DNA of 62,662 nt, filler included, from Stramenopiles sp. TOSAG23-2 (lineage: Eukaryota), in NCBI GenBank assembly GCA_900128395.1. It is 11 parts of 11 records of this genome, joined end to end, with 100 filler letters (N's around TTAATTAATTAA, not from the genome) between each part and the next. Parts side by side here need not be neighbours in the genome. Positions count along the whole stretch, not along the records: positions 1 to 6,561 come from LT650443.1; positions 6,662 to 13,216 come from LT650444.1; 9 more parts are not named here. The stretch is one strand, 5' to 3'. Shown piece by piece: positions 1-10,603 of this stretch. The translations under genes were made by a program, and so were the position numbers. The notes beneath the pieces were generated by a model. That model worked only from the letters and a program-made list of their open reading frames with translations, was not told the DNA's origin and did not search any database. Position 1 is the first letter of the stretch. Every line of letters begins with the position of its first letter.

Positions 1-6
1 CAGGTA

Positions 7-1010
7 TTGGACAATGGCAATTTTGATATAGATTCAAAATATTATGCAACCTATACATTATTAAATAAGAAATATCAAACTGAAGATACGAAACCTACGT
101 TTGATCCAGATGAATTGACAAAACCATTATTAGCATTTGAGAGTACACGAAAGTATTGGGCAAAAGGTAGTGTACATGCTATGAAGCATTATTTCAATAC
201 ATTAGCAAAGCCAATGGAAATTAACATTTATAAAAGACGTACAAATCCATTTTTATCGATTTTAGATCGATTAAACCATGCATTTGATGAAATTGATTTT
301 GAATTGCATGGTTCCGTAGTATTAAAAGAACTCGGGTATGGCATAATTTTCAATCCACGAACAATTGAAGCATTATTAACGACAGATCAAGCGTCTGCTA
401 GGAGACAATATATTGATGAATCTGCTTTGAAAAACAAATTGAAAAGTATAAGTGTTTTAAATCAAGGTCGTAGTAGTGGTACTGGTCGATTTAAAAATTT
501 AAAAGCAGCTGGTTCAGGGAATAAATCACCTAGCCCACGTAAACGAGGTGGCCCATCATCATCCCCAAATAAAAAAAATCGTAATAGTAGAAGTAATAGT
601 AATGTTACTGATGATATTAGTGAGAAATATAATGAAATGAATGAGGAGGAGGATGATGATACTGAAATATTGTATCGTTGGCCAAGGAATGAGTTTTGTG
701 ATTTAGATACATACGTAGAAGGTACAATTGTTATTGGAGAGTTAATGCTTCGTAAATTTCAAGAGGAGGAAAATAAAATTGGAAATAGTGTATTACATGA
801 AGCAATTTCAAGAGATGAATGGGTACAATCCATGTGTCAAACAGTACAATTGCGTTATATTTACGAAGCTGCTATTCATTATCGTGGTGGAATCAAAAAT
901 GTTACGGGTGTACAAAAGCTAAAAGCAGCACGTTTAACAACATCGTTCTCTTCATTGTTACCTACATCGGATAGTGCTATGAATAATAATAATCATAATA
1001 ATAAGGCAAC

Positions 1011-1042
<32 letters not shown>

Positions 1043-1668
1043 GAGGCGATGATAATGCTGTTCCACCAAATGTAAAATTTGAAACATTTAGTCATGAACT
1101 TCATCACCATTGTGGAAAAGAATATAAATTACCATCATTAGCATATGAATCATGCTTATGGGCATTAACAGAAGGTGCTGCTAAATGCGATTTAATATGC
1201 CCATTGAATCCAATTGCACGCAAACAATTGTTACAAGATTATTTAACTGGATTTCAATCATTACCAGATTATAAACCAGTCACATGGAAGAAATTTTTAC
1301 GTGCTTGTTTAAGTACAGTATTACGCAAAACACTTGATAAATTATATGATACAGGCGATCAAAATATTAATTCATTGGAACAACAATCATCATTTGTGGA
1401 AACAAATAAACAAGAAGATATATTAATGGGTACTGCATTAGTGGATTTGTCTGATTTAGGGATGAAAAATCAAATGGATAGTACATATGACATTGAAATG
1501 ATAGAGGAAAGTTGGGAACATACATATCCACCATATTTAAGTTTAAGCGCATTTGTATTGAAAATCGATCCAAATCAAATGAGAAGAGGTGGTGGTGGTG
1601 GTGGAAAGAAACTGGATGATGGGGAGGGGGAGGAGGATGATTTGGAAGATAGCATGTTTGCCTTTTGA
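7..1668 (+). CDS. Hypothetical protein, 5'-partial, with an Asn homopolymer and a possible C2-like C-terminal segment
   Basis: 553-aa open frame running from the contig edge with no upstream ATG; C-terminal 'DILMGTALVDLSDL...YDIEM' resembles the last strands of C2 domains (weak). Confidence 0.6.
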
Positions 1669-1836
1669 GTGTACAATGTGTGCGATGTGCGAGAAGGAAT
1701 AAGGCAACAACGTTAACAAGAGATATGAGATATATTTATACATGTATACGAAGTTACGTCGTGACTATGATAGTAGTACGGAAAAGTCGGAAGAGTATAA
1801 AAAAGAAAAAGAAAAAAGAGAGAGGGAGATCTGAGA

Positions 1837-1911
1837 TCTCGAGATTGAGTATTGAGCATATTATTTAACATGAGAAGAAGTAAAATTATTATAACTTAGA
1901 GATTTTAACCA
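1837..1911 (+). repeat. Dispersed ~75-bp element, copy 1
   Basis: TCTCGAGATTGAGTATTGAGCATATTATTTAACATGAGAAG..TAAAATTATTATAACTTAGA..TTTTAACCA; near-identical reverse-complement copy at 26322-26391 and partial copies at 14177-14215 and 18046-18094. Confidence 0.85.
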
Positions 1912-2235
1912 TCAATATTATAAAAAAAATAATTATATATTATTTAAAAAAAAGTATGATACTAGTGTGTTTTATTCTCTTTCGCTCTTTCCATTCTTTT
2001 GTGTCTCGAATTTCCCAACCACATTTTTTTCTTCCGCCTTTGGTTTTTCCAACTTCAATACATGCCTATAACCCTACGAAGTATAAGTACGATCCTCATA
2101 CCTCTCATTCACCCTACCAACTACGTCATGAATCAATATATTACCATGGTCGTTCAACTTTATATATGCAAAGTCGTCGTATATATATATATATATATAT
2201 AACCACCCAGCAACACCCCCCACATCTCAACATTA

Positions 2236-3077
2236 TTACGAATCATTATTATTCGTATTATTGTTATTATTATTACTATTGTTATAATTATTATTCCGTG
2301 GTTGATTGTTATGGTTATAATTACGATTACGATTGTTATTGTTGCGATAACCACCTCGTCCTCTATTATTACGCCTTCCACGATATCCACCACGTCCTCT
2401 GCCACGATATCCACCACGACGTCTGCCACGTCCTCTGCCACGGTATCCACCACGATACCTTCTGCGTTGATTGTTATGTAAACTTTCTGCACCAAATGTA
2501 TCCAAATTCTTTTGTCGTTGCGCATTTCTATCGTACATATTGTTATTATTTAAACGATCCGTCGCATCGCTTGATAAATCATCAAAAAAGGAACTTTTTT
2601 TATCATATTTTGGACCTGAATTTTGACTTAATATATCAGCTGCTGTTAAATGTCCTTCATTTTCTTGTGATGTTTCATTTGTTCCATCATTATTGTTGTT
2701 ATTGTTGTCATCATTGGCCCCGTATTCATTGTTGTCATTACTAATATTGTTATTTGCATTGATACCCATGCTTAACAATTTCAATTTTTCTTGAATAAAA
2801 TCTTCTTTGTTAAAACCTTCTAATTGTTTTTGAAAATCAAATTCTTTTTTAATTTCTTCATCATTTCTACTTTGATGTCCACGCTCACGTCGATTCATTA
2901 ATGATGCACCTGTACCAACAGCAGCATATGATTTATTACCACTACGATTATTGCGATTATTATTATTTCTACTACGTTGCCTGTTCTTGTTGTTGTTATT
3001 GTTATTATTGCCCATATTGTTGTTGTTGTTATTATTGTTATTCCCCCATGCATTTGTAGTTGTTCGTTGTTGTTGGC

Positions 3078-3114
<37 letters not shown>

Positions 3115-3525
3115 TAAAGATACATTTGGTATTAATTTTGACCTTTGTTGTTGTTGCGAAGATGGTGGATTTGGTGGCATATTCGTAACATTATTTGTAG
3201 TAGGTATATTTGGTGCTTGTTGTGGTACACTGCTTTGTGATACGATTGCTGGATCTTGCAATACAGGTGTTGGTTGCTGTGAGGCTACTGGTTGTTGTGA
3301 TGTTACTTTTAAATCTTTAATATCACTACCACGAAAAACAACATTTGGATAAACAGTATTACTACCTTGAATTTGTGTTGTCCCTCTACCTTCTGTACCA
3401 AATGATACTACGTTTGTCAATTCCACTGTCGATGCTACAGTATCTATTGCATTCAATATCCCTTCATATCTTACCCCCATGTTGGATACTACTGTTATTT
3501 TAGAACCAATATATTGTGTCGACAT
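2236..3525 (-). CDS. LSM14: LSM14/Scd6/RAP55 P-body protein
   Basis: N-terminal Lsm domain (YIGSKITVVS...RYEGIL...VSFGTEGR...VVFRGSDIKDL), FDF motif (EFDFQ), FFD box (YDKKSSFFDDLS), TFG box (NLDTFG), RGG-rich tail. Confidence 0.95.
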
Positions 3526-3686
3526 TATTTAATATATATTTGATACTATTTAAAAATGTGGTAAATATAATAATGTTTTGTTAAATGTATAAAAATGATT
3601 GATTGAAGAAAACAAAAATAAATATATACACAGAGACAATAATACTATTCGTAATAGAATTTCTTGTTTTGAATTTGTTGTTTTAG

Positions 3687-3994
3687 TTTTACTACTCTTG
3701 TTCGTTGTCGATGTAGTTGTCTTGATTAATCTGTTATCTTTCTACGTCTGCACGTATACATCATATATCGATACACGTAGGCGTGGAGAGTTCATTCAAT
3801 TTTTTAAATATTTTTTATAAAATTTTTTTTGATAAAAAATGTTGCTTAATGGTATTCCCATGCTATGTAATGCTATTTTAGTGCTAATATATTGATAGGT
3901 GTGTATTTGTATATACTAACGTTTTAGATGAACACAGCGGGTAAATATACCATATTTGGTTGTACTTAATAAATCGATGTCAATAATATATTTC
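3687..3994. repeat. Left arm of ~300-bp inverted repeat
   Basis: Reverse complement of 4851-5170 with scattered substitutions and small indels. Confidence 0.95.
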
Positions 3995-4257
3995 ATTCCT
4001 TCTTTATAAAAAGGAAGAGGAATTATTATATCACACTGTCTTTAGTTCTGTTTTTTTATTGAAATTATTATGGTATTTTGATGTGTATATTTTTTAATTC
4101 TATTTTTATCATTTTCAATTTTACAAAGTACATTTGGTTGTGATTGTTAAAGACATAAAGCGGATATCTGAATACGTAAATGTGATAATGGTATGGTATG
4201 ATCCTGACCACCAATCCTCCCTTTTTTTAATTCTTCTTTTTCTTCCATCGATTGTCA

Positions 4258-4384
4258 CCTATCAAATGACATTATGACATTATATATTATATGTATACTT
4301 GAATGCGAAATTAGAATAATAAATAGTGGATCATGCCTATCAAATGTCAGGCAATATGTACTTGAAAGGAAAATTAGAATATCA
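4258..4384 (+). promoter_or_regulatory. Two tandem copies of a bipartite motif, CCTATCAAATG-N(12-31)-TACTTGAA(T/A)G(C/G)(G/A)AAATTAGAA
   Basis: Copies at 4258-4318 and 4336-4384; also 21395-21457 (-) and 51491-51546 (+) on other contigs; function inferred from position only. Confidence 0.5.
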
Positions 4385-4424
4385 ACGTTTCTATTGCAAA
4401 TGGCAATTCGTAGTATTTCATACC

Positions 4425-4760
4425 TTTAATGCTATTCTCACACTATTTGGTCTAAAATCACTTGATCCCATATTCCCCTGCTAAATGCTGCTATTTGATA
4501 TCTGCAACCTTCTAATGCTATTCCCATACTATCTGCTATTCACTATCTTCTAATGCTATTCCCATGCTATCTGCTATTCAGCTACATACTAATGCTATTC
4601 CCATGTTATCTGCTAACTAATGGTATTCCCATGCTATCTGCTCACCCCTGCTGGGCCTGCTACCTTAGTCGGAACACACGACGCTACCTGCTACCTGCCT
4701 GCTACCATAACCCTACCGCTAACTACCACCTCATGGTATTCACAATGCTATTCCCCTCCT
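4425..4760 (+). repeat. Degenerate tandem array of TAATGCTATTCCCATGCTATCTGCT-like units
   Basis: Repeated ATGCTATTCCCATGCTA / ATGGTATTCCCATGCTA cores (e.g. 4553, 4592, 4620). Confidence 0.85.
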
Positions 4761-4850
4761 ATCACATTTCTCTTCAATCTCTCTCCATTCAATTTGTGAT
4801 GGCAGCAAATGTATTCTGTGTGGATCATAAAAATCAATTATTTGTTGTCG

Positions 4851-5170
4851 GAAATATATATTATTGACATCGATTTATTAAGTACAACCTAATATGGTAT
4901 ATGTACCCGCTGTGTTCATCTAAAACATTAGTATACTTAAATACATACCTATCAATATATTAGCACTAAAATAGCATTACATAGCATGGGAATACCATTA
5001 AGCAACATTTTTTATCAAAAAAAATTTTATAAAAAATATTTAAAAAATTGAATGAACTCTCCACGCCTACGTGTATATATGATGTATACGTGTAGACGTA
5101 GAAAGATAACAGATTAATCAAGACAACTACATCGACAACGAACAAGAACAACAACAAGAACGTAGTAAAA
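4851..5170. repeat. Right arm of ~300-bp inverted repeat
   Basis: Reverse complement of 3687-3994; ends about 20 bp before the eIF3h ATG. Confidence 0.95.
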
Positions 5171-5190
5171 TTACCAAAACAAAACATAGT

Positions 5191-6244
5191 ATGAGTGATT
5201 CAAACCAAGTAACTAGTACACAAAATAACAACAACGGTATACCAACATGCAATGATGACGTCAAAGAAGTACATGTAGATGGTTTAGTAGTATTGCAAAT
5301 TATACAACAATGTGAAAGTACATTACCAGCATTAAGTAAAGGTTGTTTATTAGGTTTAGGGGAAAATAATATAGTAGAAGTGACACATAGTTTTGGTACA
5401 CCAATATATGCAACTGCAGAGGAAGAGCAACAAGCACGTGATAGTGGTGAATTGTATGGGGAACGATATGAACAAGAAATGATGAAATTATTAAAAGACG
5501 TCAATGTGGATAATAATTGTGTTGGTTGGTACAAAGCATGTGAATTAGGTTCGTTTATTGATAGTAAATTGATTAAATCCATGCTATCGTATCAAAATGA
5601 ATTGCCATTAAGTGTGTTGTTTGTGTACGACCCATACCGTACAAAAGCAGGGCACTTATCATTAAAAGCATATCGTTTAAAAAAACAATTTGTACAGGAT
5701 TATAACAATAAAAAATTTACATTTGGTACTTTTAATACCAAAGGGGAAAGTGAAATATTTATTGAAATACCAATTATTGTGAAAAATGCAAATGCCATCA
5801 AAGCCTTTTTATGGGATTTAAAAGATGCACAAGGAAATGAACTTGATACGGATTTTGATCGTTTTNNNNNNNNNNNNNNNNNNNNNNNNNNNNNNTACGA
5901 ATCCATTTTTAGAACGTAATTTAGAATTTTTAATCAAATCTGTTGATGATTTTGGACGGGAACAACGTTATATTGATGAAAGGCAAATCAAAGTACAACG
6001 AGCATTAGCTGCATTTAGTCGTAGTAAAATTAAACGTGCAAAAGAGAATGAGGCAAGGTTAGCGGCTGGGCAACCATTGATACCAGTGGAAGATCCAGAA
6101 TTTCGATGGCCAAATAAACCAAATCGTTTAGGATCCATGTTAGCTGCAACGCAAATCAATGAATATTGTAATCAAATCAATCGTTTCAATGGACAAGGTT
6201 TTAGTAAATTGTTTTTAGCAGGTAGTTTACGCAAGGAAGAGTAA
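5191..6244 (+). CDS. EIF3H: Eukaryotic translation initiation factor 3 subunit H (MPN domain), spanning the N gap 5866-5895
   Basis: VHVDGLVVLQIIQQC, GCLLGL, VEVTHSF, VNVDNNCVGWY, YDPYRT, LSLKAYRL, EIPIIVKN; after the gap TNPFLERNLEFL...QINEYCNQI...KLFL. The frame change falls inside the 30-N gap. Confidence 0.93.
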
Positions 6245-6561
6245 ATATCATGTACATTTTAATGATTTGATGAGATTTATTTCATTTAAATGGATTTATA
6301 ATATTATTATATATATGTGAACAAAAGGAAAGAGAAGAGTGTACAACACGTGTGAAAAGAAAAAAGAAAAAGAGAGAGAGAGTTGTATTAAGAAGAGTAG
6401 CATGTTGTTGTATGGAAAAATGAAAGATTTTAAAATGTTATAAATTATATCATAAAATCATAAATGTCACACCCACCGCTGAAATAAAATCACTACGAGA
6501 GTTGGATAAAATTTCTCATCAAGATGCATATGTATACTGAACTAATTCATCAATCCATAAC

Positions 6562-6661
6562 NNNNNNNNNNNNNNNNNNNNNNNNNNNNNNNNNNNNNNN
6601 NNNNNTTAATTAATTAANNNNNNNNNNNNNNNNNNNNNNNNNNNNNNNNNNNNNNNNNNNN
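6562..6661. other. Artificial contig linker N44-TTAATTAATTAA-N44 (also 13217-13316, 19870-19969, 26522-26621, 33174-33273, 39823-39922, 46469-46568, 53103-53202, 59725-59824, 61194-61293)
   Basis: Identical 100-bp structure ten times; the 12-mer gives stops in all six frames; contig lengths descend. Confidence 0.98.
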
Positions 6662-6689
6662 TAATAATAATAATAATAATAACGACGAT

Positions 6690-9125
6690 ATGAATAATTC
6701 TAATAATTACCACGACAATTATCAAAATACAAATGTAAATAAAAAAAAACAATTACAAATAGGAAAAATATATCAGCAGACAATACAGGAAGAAGATATG
6801 GTTTATAATAATAATAATAATAATAATTCTATTCGAGGTTACGAAGAAACGAAAACTTTAAGTCCTAACATGCCAGTGGCAAATAATCAAAATAAAAATA
6901 ATTTAAGTATGAAATTGTCTCCATCTCCAGTATCATTGACAAAAAAAAGACTGACATCGTCATCGAATTGGATATTTTCCCCAAGTTCTGTTGACATGCA
7001 AAATGATGACAATCGTAAATGGTGGACGTCATATGTTGTTGCAGCAGCTGAAGTTGAACGCCAACGTCGAATTAAATTAAATGATGAAGAAATCGATGAA
7101 GAGGCTAGAGAACGTTATGAAAGGCAAGAATGGGCGCGTCGGGCAATTGAAGCTGAGCAGCAGCGCATCAATGCTGAATACGAAAGCAATCAGCGAAATG
7201 ACACTGTAAAACATATCGACGAATCTTCTACATACGACGATAATTATATAGTTGTTTGCCCAAATGTATCTAAAGGTTGTACATACGAAGGTCATTTACG
7301 AGAGATAGAATTACATTTATGTAAATGTGAATTTTCACATCGGAAAAAAGATGATGTAATCAAAAATCTTAGTAACAATATTTGTAAGGATGTCAACAAT
7401 TTCGACGATAAAAGTAATAAACTACAAGATGACAATAGCAGCTATGGCGTAATTATGTGCCCATATTCATATTTTGGATGTGAACATTGTTGTGTTAAAG
7501 ATGAATTAGAAAGTCATATACAAATTTGTGAATTCCGTGGTAAAACCAGAGAAGATGAAGAAATTGATAGGCAAAATAGTATTTTAGATGCAATTCAAGC
7601 AACTGAAGAAGAACAACAACGACGTGTAGAGGAACGACACAATGAGGCAACATTGTTAGGGCGTGATATTTCGAATTTAGCGACCCCGTTTACTGCATTA
7701 CAACAAATTATGGATATACAGACAAAAATGTTGCAAAAACATTTAGGCAGAGAAATTTTACATTTTAGTAAAAAATGTCATGAAACTTACATTGAAAATA
7801 GAGTATATTGTGATGAAATTATTGAAAGTCTTACAGAAATGTTACAACAAATCTGTCCTAGCGCTTTCATCGCAACTTATGGTTCTTATAGCACCGGTTT
7901 ATCGATTGAATCAAGCGATTTAGATCTAGTCATAAGTCAATGTGATACTCCTGAAATATTGATTTTATTAGGGAAAATGTTAAAAGACAAAGCATTAGAT
8001 TGGATCGATAATGTACAAATCATTACGACGGCGATTGTCCCTGTTCTAAAATTCAACGTATGCTTAAAGAAACCACGTAGCTTGGTTGAACCTAAAAATG
8101 ACGAGGATGCCTATGATGATGACAAACTATTCAATATAGCAGTAGACATAACAGTTGGAAATGAAAATCATTCTGGCATAATGACTGCGGCTTTTGTACA
8201 AAAAATGATATCTTTAATGCCACATTTAAAACCAATAACGTTGGTACTAAAGTCATGTTTTTCGAAATCAAATTTAAACGATACATTTACTGGTGGAATT
8301 CCGTCTTACGGCATTTTTTTAATCGTTTTATCCATTGTATTGCATTTGCAACACGCAGATTTGCCAAGTACAGATGATGGGGCTGTAGAAGAAGAAAATA
8401 TAACCAAGCATAAATTTGAAGATGAAATGGAAGTTGCATTGCCAGAGAAACTTATTTTGACTATTACCCCACCATCTTCGCCGCTTAGAAAAACAAAGAA
8501 AAGTTTATCGCCAAAACGAAACTACAATAATAATCAACACAGTGAAAACTTTGAAAGTGAGAAAGAGCATGGGACAAAGTTAGCCATTGGTATATGTAAA
8601 AATATACAGCATATACATGAAATTAATTTCCCATCAACACTGCGCAACCGTCGACGTGGCCGTTCCAGATCTTCATCAAAGCATAACCAAGATCATGTAT
8701 TAGATGGCGAGGGAAAAGAAAGCGAAGATGAAGAAAGCAAAAGTGTAGTATTAGGGCGTTTATTTATGCATATTCTACATTTCTTAGGGCAAACGTTTGA
8801 ACCGAATCGTGATCATATATCGATTCTGCATGGTGGTATATTTCCAAGAAAGGATATTCCAAATGATGCAGTGGTAGACCCGCTCTTATTAGATGATCCG
8901 TTGATAATTGGTAATAACGTCGGTAGAAGATGTTATCGCATATCCGAAATTCAAATGAAATGTGCCAACGCGTTAACGAAATTGTATCGAATTTTAAATC
9001 GCTTTCAAATTAGAAGTAAAAGATCATCCAAAAACACTACGGATGTGTTGGAAAGTGTATTTGGAACTTTCAATGTGGTTAATGTAAATAATAATAATGG
9101 TGGTACAAAAGCGAATGATGAATGA
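6690..9125 (+). CDS. Non-canonical poly(A) polymerase / terminal nucleotidyltransferase (Trf4/TENT4-like) with two TRAF-type zinc fingers
   Basis: YGSYSTGLSIESSDLDLV (GS...DxD), AIVPVLK, VDIT, LNDTFTGGIPSY, PAP-associated LLLDDPLIIGNNVGR; CPNVSKGC...HLCKC and CPYSYFGC...HIQIC fingers; may be 5'-partial. Confidence 0.88.
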   Translation: MNNSNNYHDNYQNTNVNKKKQLQIGKIYQQTIQEEDMVYNNNNNNNSIRGYEETKTLSPNMPVANNQNKNNLSMKLSPSPVSLTKKRLTSSSNWIFSPSSVDMQNDDNRKWWTSYVVAAAEVERQRRIKLNDEEIDEEARERYERQEWARRAIEAEQQRINAEYESNQRNDTVKHIDESSTYDDNYIVVCPNVSKGCTYEGHLREIELHLCKCEFSHRKKDDVIKNLSNNICKDVNNFDDKSNKLQDDNSSYGVIMCPYSYFGCEHCCVKDELESHIQICEFRGKTREDEEIDRQNSILDAIQATEEEQQRRVEERHNEATLLGRDISNLATPFTALQQIMDIQTKMLQKHLGREILHFSKKCHETYIENRVYCDEIIESLTEMLQQICPSAFIATYGSYSTGLSIESSDLDLVISQCDTPEILILLGKMLKDKALDWIDNVQIITTAIVPVLKFNVCLKKPRSLVEPKNDEDAYDDDKLFNIAVDITVGNENHSGIMTAAFVQKMISLMPHLKPITLVLKSCFSKSNLNDTFTGGIPSYGIFLIVLSIVLHLQHADLPSTDDGAVEEENITKHKFEDEMEVALPEKLILTITPPSSPLRKTKKSLSPKRNYNNNQHSENFESEKEHGTKLAIGICKNIQHIHEINFPSTLRNRRRGRSRSSSKHNQDHVLDGEGKESEDEESKSVVLGRLFMHILHFLGQTFEPNRDHISILHGGIFPRKDIPNDAVVDPLLLDDPLIIGNNVGRRCYRISEIQMKCANALTKLYRILNRFQIRSKRSSKNTTDVLESVFGTFNVVNVNNNNGGTKANDE

Positions 9126-9433
9126 ACGTTGTTTTGAGATGATGCTCTTGACATAAAATTTTGTGTGCGTGTGTAAATATGATGTGTATATATATTATAA
9201 ATAATTTGTAAAAGATCTTTTTATAAACTCCCAGGCAGTAAAATGCCTTTCTTTTAAAATTCTAAATTAAATGTAACCCCCCCCCCCGGTGTGTATCACA
9301 TACCAATCATCCTTTGTGTGATCACATATCAAAACATGGGCTATCTCAAATAATACTGTATGTTATTGTAACGGCTTATGAAAAAACCTTTTTCATTTCT
9401 TTCTCTGTATAGCTTTTTTTTCTTTTTTACAAC

Positions 9434-9874
9434 TTAAAAATTATTACTACTTTTAAATATACAGACCGCTATTATAGAAACTATCATCTCTAATCCAATG
9501 AAGGCAATACTAATTCCATTGAGAATAACATCAATACGTAATACATATATTTGCCACTGTAAGAAGAATGCATTCATAACAACACTACCCACTCCTAATA
9601 GAATGCTAACAAGTACTGGTCCGATCTGTTCCGTTTTATTACCTAATGATGCTGTAAATATACGAAAACCTTCTAAAATTGCAAATATAAATACAGACAT
9701 GATATCAATACCAAGTCCTGGAGTCCGTGCTGGATATGGCAAATAATAACCCTTGTATACAAACGTTGCAATATTAAGTACTACAAACAATCCAACAAAC
9801 CAACGATTGAAATATAGTAAAATTTGTAACGTTAACAATGAATCAATTTTACTTTCATGATTACCCTGATTCAT
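9434..9874 (-). CDS. TMEM216/TMEM17/TMEM80 family ciliary transition-zone membrane protein
   Basis: SLLTLQILLYFN, YKGYYLPYP, ILEGFRIF..SLGNKTE, WQIYVLRIDVILN; four TM segments; first ATG at 9874. Confidence 0.88.
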   Translation of the reverse strand: MNQGNHESKIDSLLTLQILLYFNRWFVGLFVVLNIATFVYKGYYLPYPARTPGLGIDIMSVFIFAILEGFRIFTASLGNKTEQIGPVLVSILLGVGSVVMNAFFLQWQIYVLRIDVILNGISIAFIGLEMIVSIIAVCIFKSSNNF

Positions 9875-10603
9875 CTTTTTCACAAGCTATTCAAGAAACT
9901 TTACAAATTGTTATTTCTTTCTTGATGAACTTTCTTGTCTCTATACTATTTTATCTTCGTCTATTTCTTATATGGAAAGTATGATGCAATCAATTTGAAA
10001 TTACATTTTTGAAATACAGATGTATCAAATATTTATATATTTTATCAAACAATAGATGTTTTTAACAGTCTAGATGGATTTAGCATGTACACACTATTGC
10101 GAACCATTATTACCAAGGGAGGCAGTTAATTTGAAATTTTGCTGAGACCTTCGTTGTACTTGTACGTAGTGTTACACGATTATTATACGTCCTATGAATT
10201 TATACTACTGAATACTGAATAGTGCAAAAAAAAAGGACACTGGATTTTGCATATATAACAAAATTTCATCACAGGCCATCAACAGCAGAGACATGTACAT
10301 ACACAGTGTTTTTTTTTTTTATACTAATACGTATAATAGGTACGGGCCTGGCCAGCCTTCCACGGCCAGCTGGGTGCCTGCCTGGCCTGGTGAAATATTA
10401 TATATAAACACGTTGTTTATTATGTTGTAATAACTATCCTGAGGAGGTAATAATAAAAATCCATTATTAAATACTAATACTGGAATACATATATACATTA
10501 TTAATTATTTAACAATCTATGTTTAAACCACATTTTAAATAGTATTTGGTTCGGATTGAATACCTTTATTTGGTAAGCATATACATATATGTATATATGA
10601 AAA

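Noticed and set aside
1956-3352. Long + strand ORFs (Tyr/Cys/His-rich, poly-Leu) and similar antisense ORFs throughout the track
   Set aside because: Shadows of Asn/Gln/RGG codon repeats in real genes on the opposite strand
5825-5919. Apparent frameshift in eIF3h
   Set aside because: The frame change lies within a 30-N gap of estimated size; not evidence of recoding
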